Source: Marsupella aquatica (lineage: Eukaryota > Plantae > Marchantiophyta). Taken from it: a stretch of DNA of 64,000 nt. The notes below the pieces were generated by a model that was not told the DNA's origin, did not search any database, and saw only the letters and a list, made by a program, of their open reading frames with translations. Of the stretch, positions 12,273-23,864 are shown piece after piece. The stretch spans positions 18,076,457-18,140,456 of the forward strand of contig OZ316897.1 in assembly GCA_973895155.1 (NCBI GenBank), read 5' to 3'. The stretch's first letter is position 1. The number at the start of each line of letters is the position of its first letter. The position numbers and the translations under genes were made by a program.

Positions 12273-14532
12273 TAGGTGAATATTATTGATCAGGTGGCAT
12301 AGAAATGACATCAAACAGTTGTAGACATTTGCACTAATCTATTCTACATTAATGAACATCAAAATGACTCAAAATGATTTTTGTGATGAAATAAATTATG
12401 TATGTTGCAAATGTTATCATTGGGCATTGGCAATACCGAATTTCCTGGTGGTTCTAAAATTTGTCATTTTGCTAAGGCTAGCCAAAGACACAACAAAACT
12501 TTTGTGCCATATTTAACATACAAATTCACCGGTATGAAAGGGGTTGTTGTGGGCTTTGAGGGGCGCAGTTTGCAGAATTCAATTGAAACCAAACAAAAGA
12601 AATCCCACAAGAAAATGCTTAGATGCACAGATACCACAAAGTGGTAAAAGGCATAGGCAAGTGTTATTGGCTGTTAACCAAAGCTTGATGACAAGTAGGA
12701 GAGGCCAGAAAGCTAGGATAAGCAATTTTTTCCAGCTGTGTATGAAGTGATGCAATCAGCTAGACTCCAGAATTAACCAGTGTAAACTGATATGTGTTTG
12801 TAAAACCTCCGACCATGGCTACAAGAACAAATACACAATCAGTGATATATTGAACTGCCATTATATATAGCATACTCATCCTGGAACATGAAAAGTTATT
12901 TTGTCCTCTAGCAAAAAGTTTAAATTTTTTAGTGAAATATAGGTGATCTGGTTTTTTGTGGCAAATATAAATAGGACATTGATTAGGAAACGTGCTCGGG
13001 GGTTTCACTTCCATGAAAATGACATATCATGTGCGACGAAGGATAGGGCTGATTTATTGGTTCTAAGGGAAGACTTAAGAATTTTTGCAGAAGAACAATA
13101 GGGTCTTTTAAATTCAATTTTGAGACTTATAAGAACATTAGGGCCCTTTTAATCTAATTTTTGGAATATTCCAAGAATATTCCAACTTTATAGGGGTTAA
13201 AAAATAAATATTTTTTCTTATATTTTAGGGGGTCCAAGGCCTAAAAACGTCACAGGTGATGGGGAGGTCCCCATATAGTGAGACCCCCGAGGAAACGTGA
13301 TATTGAAAAGTTGTGCACATAAGGTACAAGAATAAAAATACACATGTAAAGAAAAGTAATAATGAACATGAAAAATTTAAGTCTATGGTATTGGGTTCTG
13401 CACATACTATACACCAGTAAAGATAATGACACTCAAATGAATTAAAACCATAAATTTAGGACACAAAACAATGAGTAGAACTTAAAGACATGAGGAGTGC
13501 ACTTTAATTAGATCATTTCTTCTTCACTAAGGGCTAGAACTTCCGTGAGCTTTGTTAAAGGGTGGATGATCAAAAGTATACCAAAGATTGAAAAATTTAG
13601 AGGGGTGTCGGATTAAATTCAAAATCTAAAGTATACAAGGGATGTACCTTGGTAAGACACATTGAATTACAATACACAAGAAAAAAAGTTTGAAAAAGAC
13701 AAAATACTGGAAGATGGATTCACCATATAGCAGTTTCATTCTGGATATCCACTGAACTGCCACTCACCAGGTCAAACCTGGGAATATCCTTGTTTCTCAC
13801 CAATGGTTTCCTTACAAAATGATATTTTGGGCAGAAACCAAGCCAAGCCATTGGATTCCCTTACCCATTTTCTCCATCATGGGATTTTTGAAAATGACAT
13901 ATTGTGACCCCTCTATGTGCCCCGTTGCTTGCCTTCCCATCCAAGAAGTTCCACCTCCATTTGCCCTCCCCATCCATTCAATCACCCTGACCCTCAGAGA
14001 TCCAGATGCGGCCAATGCCCAAATGCCACCCTTGCCACCACAGCCATGCCTTGCCCTAAAGCCCACCTCACAAAGCCAGGCACAGCCCACACCCTGAGCG
14101 CCAACCTTACTTGTCTCCCCTGCATATTGCCCAAAAGCCCGCCCTCTGCTTCAAAGGGTACTTTTTGCATCAACAACATGGTTGCAACAATTGTTTAACA
14201 ACCTAGCATTGCATGTTGCAACATTTGTGCACCACCCTAGCATTGACCTATTATTGAAAGACCATGTAAACATAGAGACGCCCTAGAAATGTACATTGGT
14301 GGAACCCCTCTTTGTGGTACAGGAGGGGCCTTGGAGAGGTGGTGCAACATTCCTTGTACTCCTTGGAAACCCATAATTATCATTCTCTCAAATACTCTTT
14401 TGCACAACAGTTGCTTGTAAGGTCCAGTAGCAGCAAAACCCAACGCTTCGACAAGTATGTCGAACATTCTGCTCATCCATGGCACAGAGGAATGAAAGCA
14501 GCAAACTTGAGACCTGAGCGTCGCACTCGCAG

Positions 14533-15064
14533 CTAAAACGATATGATCCAGCCGAAAGCATACTCCTCTCTCTCGCCGAACAGCTTCCCATTCTTTGCTT
14601 TGATCTCCTCCTTGGGCATCAGAGCCAGCCACTTGCCCGTATCAGCTCCTTCCGCAGCCTTCTGGCGGCTTAAACCCCCCTTTTAGCGCTGAGGCCAGCA
14701 TGTCGGTGTTCACCAATCCGGGGCAAAATCCCACCACGTAAATTCGGTGCCCCACAGGCTGAGATTTGGCAAATTTCTTCGCCAAGGTGATTGTGTATCC
14801 GTTCATGAACATCTTCGACTCGTTGTAGATCGGCTCCTTCAGCTTGGGACACTCGTTTGGGCCCACGATCCACCCTTCCTCCTCCATTCGTCCCGCCTTG
14901 CTGTCCTCGAGGTACTTCGCAGCCAACGAGTCCATCAGCTCCACGGAATAGCTCTCCTTGTCCCGGAATTGCTTCTTCAAGCTCTCTCCCAGTCGCTCGT
15001 AGAGCGCCGCTCTAGAGGAAACGTTGACGATGCGTGCTCCGGCCGGGGACCAGCTGACGACCAT
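14533..15064 (-). pseudogene. Carbonyl reductase/neomenthol dehydrogenase-like SDR, C-terminal fragment with frameshift
   Basis: SPAGARIVNVSS, catalytic YNESK, FCPGLVNTDM. After a frameshift near 14658 it continues EGADTGKWLALMP...GKLFGERE...stop. The Rossmann N-terminus is absent. Confidence 0.88.
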
Positions 15065-15837
15065 AGCATCATGCTGAAACAGGCGTTGTCGGATACCTTT
15101 AGACTCTGAAGATTGTGTGTCTTAACAGTAGTTTATTCATGCTTGTGTTGGAGCTGAGGTTTTGGGAGGCAGTACTGTGGAGCACCTGGAATCAGCAAGG
15201 CTACGAGCTGTTCAAGCTAGTTATCAATAAGCCTCCTCGTGGCAGACGGTCCTTAGCGTGGTGCCAATTTCCAAATGTCGTAGTTGCTGCATAAGCCCAG
15301 ATGGTGAAAATTTGATTTGGACGATGTCTACCTGCAAATAGCTCTGTGGGAATTTACCAACCCGTCTTTATCATTCGGGGAGGCTGAAGGCTCGCTGGTG
15401 TTAATTAAGCAAGACTCGAGGAGATTCCGTGGAACCATCACTGTCTGGCTGAAATGGCAACACGAGCAACTTGGTCGGCGAATCCAGAAGGCTCCGTGGC
15501 ACATCGGCGGGGAATAACCACCCACCCCAGCAGCCTACAGATCAAGCAGGCTCTAACAATCAACCACGTCCATTACTACTTATCGTGTCTTCATCTACTT
15601 ACTGCATGCCATTCCGTTCATGGCTATCTGATCCCTGTTGTGATAACTCTTCTTTAATGGCGGGTCTTTCCTAATAGCGGGTCCAACAAACCAGGGACTC
15701 GACCTTCAAATAGTATTCGTGATGGTAGTGTACATCATTTGGCGAGACGAGGTGTTGCAAGGACCAGATGACACAAACATTCAAAATAGTCTGCCTACGC
15801 AATCAAATGGGTACTCGGCAGGAGCTTCTCATTTTCA

Positions 15838-18800
15838 GCAATCTACTACTTTGGTGCATCAAAGGAGGGCAACAACAGCCCTCCTTCTGGGGAGTTTCCC
15901 TTCTTGTCATCCATGACAAGCATTGTGTGTATCCAAGATCCTGAACTGTTTGTGTAAGCAGATAATCGGTGGAGCTTACAGATTGCTTGGTGAGATAGCA
16001 ATTAGTGACCTCCCAAGGTTGTCTGGTCCCGGTATGGCTACTAAAACCCACGATGACTTTTGTGCATCCGTTCTGGAGGAAGAGAAATCTGGCTTTATGG
16101 AATGAATGACATACCGCAACACAAGATTGACGGGAACAATTCAGTAGTGGCATCTGCAGCTCCCATTGTGACAAGGGAGTGCAATCCCAGCATTGATTGG
16201 CATTCATCCAGTCGACTCCAGTGACAATTGGCCTGTGTACAAATGCTGCCAAGTTGTACCAATTGATTCGCTAGGGTTGGACAACAAATGTTGAACTTGT
16301 CAAAGCAGGGATAACTCAAGACAGCCCAACATGGTGTCTTGAGCAAGAAAATTTCCAAGTTGCATAAAATAAATTCTGAACATATTTTTCGATGGGATCC
16401 TGGGCATTTCTCTGTTCCAACTTATCCAGGCCTCTCCCGTCACTGTATATCGTTGGCGAATGCATCTCTCAGCCAAAATGGTATATAAGAATTGGACACT
16501 TTTGTTACCCTCGTTCAGTATAGGAAATGATCAGGGAGCCTGGATAGCCACCGGTTGGGATTTGATGTTGTTGATCATTTTTAAAAGCAAGAGTGCCAAC
16601 TGAAGTGCGGAGCTTCAAGTTACAGCTGTGAATAGCCGCTGTGCAGATGGCACTTGTGCACATGGTATTACCTCAGAAGAACTTGATGAATGATTATCAG
16701 AGCCTAATATGATACGTGGGTTCAACATTTGTTTGTTTGGAATCACTTTACATCGTTCTTCACATGTTTTTGGAGAGTTCTTTTTATTGCATCAACTCTG
16801 GCGTCGAGTCAATGCACTGGACGTGTGTTAATTGGGAACCTTTTCTCCTGCTACGGATCCCGTGGTTGACAATATTGATTTATTATCGAAAGGCAACTGA
16901 ACCGGACCCCTGCACAAGGTCTCTCTGTGAGACTCCAAAGTCGTTTAATTCTCGTTGCCTGTTCTTTTGAGGTATGAAATATCAGGAAAGAGTCTGTTAC
17001 GCAAGAAGCCACAACAACACCTCGTCTTGCAGCAGCACAACTCAACCGTTGATCGATGGTGACCTTTGTATTTGAAATATTAAAATTGCTCGAGTACGAG
17101 GTCGTTCTGCATGGATGTATCGCAGGTAAACCAGCGGAGACCAAAACCGAAATTCTCCGAATTGTTAGCATGTCAAGAATCAAAAGTAAGAGTCAATCGA
17201 ATTATCTGTACAACTGGCAATTCGAGTTGGACCTACAGTTCGGACCTACAGTTTAGGGTTTGTTTTTAGTTTCCTCGGTTAGGGTCATTTCTTTCCTGTT
17301 TTTAAAATCGGAAAGCGCTTTTATTTCTATCCCAGAAGACAGGATAAGCTGTTTCATGGGACTGTCATCCTTTGTTCACGGGTTGGTCTACATTTGTTTA
17401 GGAAGAAAAAAGATGAACTCCGGTTTATCGCAGTCCAGGATTACCAACTACCAACCCTAAACAACATCACTGCCGGTGCCAGGGATTTTGATTTTTCTCC
17501 AGTTGAGAACCACGTGCATACCTGCGTGCATAAGCATTCCAATCCGATCACTCAAGAAGGGAGAGCAACCTACGACAATATAGTGAGCCTGATCTATGCA
17601 GGGAAGCGCACCTGTGACGTCACTTGTACAACTGGCCACGCTGTGATATTTGACATCTCTTTCCTGTTGATTATGGTCCGTCTTGTGATGGACAGGAGGC
17701 TGTTGGCGACTTGCAGGGAAAGGCGAAGCATTTCGAGTTGGAAGTGACGGGCTCCAGCGTACATGATCGGAGCCTACGTTCAATGAGAGCAACGAACTGA
17801 TCAGGAGCTATTCTTCCAGGTGAGAGTCGAAAGTAATGTTACCGATCCTGGGAAATTGACAGAGGTAGTGATTACACGATGCGTAGGAGAAGGGAGAACC
17901 TTCCTAGCTCGACCGTCATCCATTGTATCTAGAGGACTTGGGCGTAATGTCTAGCTGGACAGATTCCATGGGCAATTGTCTTAAAAATACACTCCAAGCT
18001 AGAAAGAAATAGGACTGTAGAATCCAGTGAAAGGTCTACATGCGTCGTGGCCGGTCGCTTGTTCAGGAAAACGTGTGATGCGTACAGATTCATGCAAATT
18101 GACCACGGCGCAGGAAGCTGAAATTTGGAAGGGAGTCTCTTTGTGCTAGCGCCTTCCGTATACCCGCTCAAAAACATATCATCAGTGAATTGGTTCAACG
18201 ACAAGGGCAGCTGAATCTTCCTTTGATTTGCAAGTTGTTAAAAATTGGGTTCAAGATGGCTGTAAGTAGCAGCTACTGGGATGAAGCAGTGGCAGTCTAC
18301 TACTTCGGTGCAATCTACTACTTCGGTGCATCAAGGAGGGCAACAACAGCCTTCCTTCTGGCGAGTTTCCCTTCTTCGTTATCCATGACCAGCATTGTGT
18401 ATATCCAAGATGCTGAACTGTTTGTGTAAGCAGTTAATCGGCGGAGCTTCCAGAATTCTTGGTGAGATAGCAATTAGTGACCTCAGTTCCCAGGTGGTCT
18501 GGTCCCGGTATGGCTACTAAAACCGATGAATTTTGTGCATCCGAACTGGAGGAAGAAAATTCTAGCTTCGCGGAATGAATGATATACCGCACAAGATTGA
18601 CGGGAGCATTTCAGTACTGGCACCTGCAGCTCCCATTGTAACAAAGGACTGCAATCCCAGCATCGATTGGCATTTCAACCAGTGACAATTTTGTCATTGG
18701 CATGTGTACAAATGCTGGCAAGTTGTACCGATTGATTCGCAAGAGTCGGACAACAAATCCCTGAACTTGTTAAAGCAGGGATAACTTGGACAGCCCAACA

Positions 18801-21800
18801 CGGTGTCTTGAGCAAGAGACTTTCAAGTTGCATAAAAAACTGAAAATAGATTTAGATGGGATCCTGGACATTTCTCTTTTCCACCCCAAGATGTTGGGTA
18901 GTCCAACTTATCCAAGCGTCTCCCGTCTCTGTATATCGTTGGGCCTCTGTTCAATGCACCTATTCGCCAAAATGGTATAAAAGAATCGGAGACTATCGTA
19001 AGTCAAACGATGGGCACCATAATTGAGTATAGAAAATGATCAGGGAGCCTGTATAGTCAATGTTTGGGATCGATGTGGTTGATTCAGTTTTAAAGCAAGT
19101 GTGCGAACTGAAGTGCGGAGCTTTAGGTTACAGATCTGAATAACAATGCAGTACCGCTTTATGGGTGTCACTTGTGCACATGGTGTTACATCAGAAGAAC
19201 TGGATGAATGATGATCAGAGTTCAACACCTGCCGTCTTTGAATCATTTTACATTGTTCTCACATGTTTCAGAGCGTTGTTTTTATCACATGAGAGATTGA
19301 CTTTGGCGTCGAGTCATTGCACTGGACGTATATTAATTGGGAACCTTCGTTCGTGCTACGGATCCCCGCTGGAAGCTAGATACTGGTTTATCACGGAAAG
19401 GCAACTGAATCGGACTCTTGAGACTCGGACTCCAAACTCGTTTATTTCTTGAGATATGAAATAGCATGAAAGAGTCTGTTACGCATGATGCCACACGAAC
19501 AAGTCGTCTTTCAGCAGCAATGAAGACTTGCCTTCCTTGGTCAATTCCCCCTTCCATCGGTTGGGCCACCTTGATCAGTTTCCTTGTCGATCATTTGCGA
19601 CCAATCTTCTCGATCAATTTCCTGTTCATCTGTTCTCAACAATTGAACATAAGTGATCAATTACAGTGACCCTTTTTGACACCAGGACGTGAATTATCGT
19701 GTAATGATATAACAGTGTCCTGCTCGAACAAAGGTGAGATGACTTCTTTTGTGCAAATGACGTCAGATCGTTTAATTAAATAAAACTTAGCTCCTTTCTA
19801 TGCTGTCATTTGCTGTATTTCGAAGGTCGTGAAGTTAAAATTCTAGGTTGCTGCTGATGTCACGGCCGTTGCGTGTTGAATTTGTCCCCGTGTCACAAGA
19901 CAAGTATCCCTCATCGGACAGTGCGATTCATTGCTGGGATGGGGGACTGCTTGATCGCTCCACTGCAGTCTCAGTTTGAATGCTGGGGTCGCTGATCTAA
20001 TCAGAGATATCCTTGTCGACGAGCTAAAGGGAACCCTGGTCTCCTCCATTCTTTGAGTCATGTTAGACTTTCGAATGTAGTGGCGGCAATCAAGATAACA
20101 GTTGGGAACTGTTAAAGAGTGCTACGATGCTCAAGGATAATTACACATCTGGGTTTCTGCGATTGTGATGCCGCGTCACAACTCAGCCGTTGATGGTGAC
20201 CTTTGTATTTGAAATATAAAAATTGCTTGAATGACTTGGTCTTCTGCACGGACGTATCGCAGGTAAAGCAAATGATACAGACCAACGCTTCAGAAACCGG
20301 AATTTCCCTGAATTGTTAGCTTGTCAAGAATGAAAACTAAAAGTCAATCGAAATATCTGTACAACTGGTAATTCGAGTTGTACCTAGCTACAGTAAGCAA
20401 CGTTTTCGTCGTGGAATCGTGCACAGTTTGTTTTGGTTCCCTCACTCAAGATAAGCATTCAAGACATTGTGGGCTATGAGATGCCACCCAAAACTAGAGC
20501 TTCTATTCCAAGTTTGAGCTACTACTATTTTTGTTGTTTCCCTCCGCTTTTCACAATTCAAGATTAACCCAATGAAATTTCATGCAAATTGAAGTTTTAC
20601 TTGGTAAAAAGACAAGTAAAGAACAAATCTCAAAATGCCGTGCAAAGCCTTATAAGATGGGCATTCTCTTCCATAAAGTATAGAGAAAAACCTTGAAGAG
20701 ACTTAAATGAACCTACGTTCACGAATCTGTAATTCATTGTTTAGTGGGTGGTTCAAGTTTCAGAGAAATAAAAGGTCTACACTTTCAGACAAAAAAGAAT
20801 GACGACGTCCGGTTTGTCACAGCCAGGGCATATCGAGTAAATAAAGAAGATAGCTAATGAGAACTTGTTATTGATTTTTGACACGTCGTTACCACCTGAG
20901 CACGGCAATGAAAGATAGAACCAGGAAAGCTGTAATTTATTTAATCGAGTACACTAAGTCAGTTCAAAAAGACATTTGCTTAGCCTGAAACCTCGCTTTA
21001 ATTGTCATTGATTGCTCCCCGCTCCTGCATAGGAAATAAGAGTTTTAAACTTCGACGGGACAATTAAAACGTGAAGTACCCTGGCTCTGAAAGTACATCC
21101 AGTGCCGATCCCTGTCCACTATATATAAGCTTGTCCATGACCTGTCACTGCAATTTCTGGCACGCGGTCTGTACAATTATTTCCCAGGTTGATGATTTAG
21201 TTCATCCCAGCTGGACCATGCTTGAACCGTACTATAGGAGCACAGTCCGTTGGGGAGGTTCACAAGGTTGTGGATAGTTTGGTCAACAGGAATTTGCCTT
21301 GCAGCCCTTACCTGCTCACTTGGAGTCGATCAAAAATATACTTGCACTTGGATCGGAAGGCAAAACGAAGCCATTTGTCTCTGAGTCTCTGTGCGGGGAG
21401 CGAGACCATTAGAGAGTCCTCGGCACACTCTCCAAAATAATGGAAGCCGAATGCTACTTGTTTCCGTCTGGACTCGTTATGTGGTTAGCTGCAAGCAGAA
21501 ATTATAAGTTCAGAAGCTGATTGTCGTCTGAGATTGTACACACGCATAAAATAGGACGGGAAACGAGATGTAGAGACTGTTGATGAAGTTTATTTACACC
21601 GAGGGTCCAATGTATTCCCCTTGGTACAGCCAAGTTTAGTCTCTTGGTAATACACTGTCAGCTTCAGATCCCCTTCTGGATGGAGCCGAGCTAGTACATA
21701 CAACTTACGACACTGTCACAACCACCATTGCGTTCACAGATAATAATTCTCTTCATAATCACGAGTGGCCCGAGTCGAAGCCAAAACACTCGTTCCAGTC

Positions 21801-22322
21801 GACGTTTTGCTCTTACACAAGATCCAATAAATGCTCTGTGGTTCATACGACACTTGACACGCTCAATTGTGTTTGTTAGGCCTAAAGTCTCGAGCTGGTT
21901 GGTGAGTTTGATGGATTGCTCAACCTCTTGTCATGTGATCAAATTTTTCTCGAGTGTCAAGGGTCCGTTGCTTCCGCTGACTTTTCTTTTTGACATCTTT
22001 TATTCTACCGACGTCACATGTACGACTTGCCCCGCTGTGATATTTGAGATTTTTCTGGGTAGCTGTTGATTATGATCCGTCTTGTGGGCGACTTGCAGGC
22101 AAAGGCGAAGCATTTCAATTTGGAAGTGACGGGCTCTAGCTTACATGATCGGAGCCTACGCTCAAAGAGAGCAACGGACTGATCAGGAGCTAATCTTTCA
22201 GGTGAGAGTCATAATTCATGTTACCGATCCTAGAAATTGACAGAACTAGTGATTACACGATCGACCGTCATCTAGGGTAACTAGAGGACTTGGTCCTGGA
22301 GTTTAGCTAGACAGATTCCATT
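15838..22322. repeat. Older diverged local duplication of unidentified sequence (about 15838-17970 vs 18310-22322, the second with insertions)
   Basis: Colinear blocks such as ATCTACTACTT.GGTGCATCAA, GATGGTGACCTTTGTATTTGAAAT and TACATGATCGGAGCCTACG occur twice. Boundaries are approximate. Confidence 0.8.
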
Positions 22323-22818
22323 CGGCACTTGTCATCCCCACAAGACAAAGAAGCTTGTGGACTACTTTCGAAGCTTTGCCGGCCAGATCGAGCTGCCCGA
22401 GTCCTGTTTAATAGAGAACCCCCCATAGTCACATTGCGGGGCTGCGCACAGTTTATTCCTACCGCTCGGAGATATCGCTGTTGTTTGGTAGTTGTTCCAT
22501 CCATTCCATCCGTCTGTCGCTTGGGAATCCATAGCCCATCAGCTTCGATTTCTGATGACGTGCGTGTACTTGCGACCAATGCAATTGCTGCTTTGGACAT
22601 TGAAATTGGTCATGGCCAAATGTTTTACTTGGTGATCTATATTTTCAAAATATTGATCTGGTCGGACTGAGCAAGAGGTGCTTCTTGTACTAATATTGAT
22701 CACAGTTTCGATTCTAGACGATAGAAAGTGCTCGCTAACCATTGCGTTGCTAAGTAACAGTTCTGTTCTTGTTCCTCAATACGTCAAGTACTCAGAATTG
22801 ACCGTGGTGGGGTACCAC

Positions 22819-23159
22819 TGTTGTATCTGTGGAAGTTTTCAGATGATTATGAAACTTGATTAACGTAAGGCACAATAGTGCGTTTAAATACATGAATGGA
22901 GTGGGGTCCAAGTGCGTGAGCAAAGGAAAACGACAAGTAAACTCTGACCAGGAATATAAGTAGTTGAGTCAGTCTAAGTGGGCGCAGCCAGATAGGACAG
23001 AAAGAGGATCAGAGTCAAACGGGATCGACCAGACAGCCTACCGACCGGCAGCAAGCTCAAGGTAGTCAGTAAGATCCGATGCAGCCAGAGTGTACAGTAA
23101 CCACATCTGACAGCGAGGCATGGGAGCAGGCAAGAGACAAGACCGCGTGAGTTTCAACA
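22819..23159 (-). repeat. Copia 3' LTR (341 bp)
   Basis: TGTTG...CAACA termini, directly abutting the PPT. Confidence 0.8.
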
Positions 23160-23170
23160 CCTCCCCTCAA
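23160..23170 (-). promoter_or_regulatory. Copia polypurine tract
   Basis: TTGAGGGGAGG immediately before TGTTG on -. Confidence 0.88.
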
Positions 23171-23172
23171 CC

Positions 23173-23778
23173 ATGGCTCGCAAAGATTCAGGAGGAGAGT
23201 GTGCTGTGATAATTATATGGAACGTCGGTATGGTAACTGAATCTATCCAAATCAAATTTTGTACATTGGATAGAAACCACCATGGCGCAGGAGGAGATGA
23301 CATTAAGGGAATCGGCGATGTCACTCGTTCTTTCCTTGTTGGGATTTATCTCAGCATTGTCGCGAAGTGTTTAGGGTTTAGGGTTTATGATTACCTAGTG
23401 TGTAATCATAGTGATTCATTAGGACCGGAGGAGAGACCCCTTGGTGGGCAATCGGAAGAAACACCTATTGAGCCGCAGGCAGGTGCATCAACGGAGACTG
23501 ATCGAGCTAGGGAGCTAATAGTCCCTGTAGAGCCAAGTGCTCCAATGTATAAAGAGGAGTCCCGTCACCCGTTGTCAGGAGAAATAGTGAGAGTTTTCTC
23601 AGAAGAGCTGCCAAGGCGATACTATTCAGTGGCTCGAGGCCGACGTCCAGGGATCTATACGACTTGGGAGGAGGTAGAACCCTTAGTAAGTGGCTTCCGA
23701 GGCAATAAGTACAAGTCTTTCAAGACTCGGATAGAGGCCGAGTTGTACTTAAAGAAAGAGCAGGCTAGAGCTTTCTAG
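23173..23778 (+). CDS. Antisense ORF inside the Copia; C-terminal RNase H1 N-terminal hybrid-binding (Cauli_VI-like) domain
   Basis: YYSVARGRRPGIYTTWEEVEPLVSGFRGNKYKSFKTRIEAELYL fits the YYxVxxGxxxGIYxxWxE...VxGFxG..YKxF...EA pattern. The true start codon is uncertain. Confidence 0.85.
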   Translation: MARKDSGGECAVIIIWNVGMVTESIQIKFCTLDRNHHGAGGDDIKGIGDVTRSFLVGIYLSIVAKCLGFRVYDYLVCNHSDSLGPEERPLGGQSEETPIEPQAGASTETDRARELIVPVEPSAPMYKEESRHPLSGEIVRVFSEELPRRYYSVARGRRPGIYTTWEEVEPLVSGFRGNKYKSFKTRIEAELYLKKEQARAF

Positions 23779-23864
23779 GTGGAGAAACTGACTATTGACA
23801 CCAGTTAATCGTGGGATGCTGTAAGACAATCTCAGAGCGATGGAGATGTATCAAAGATGTGTTA

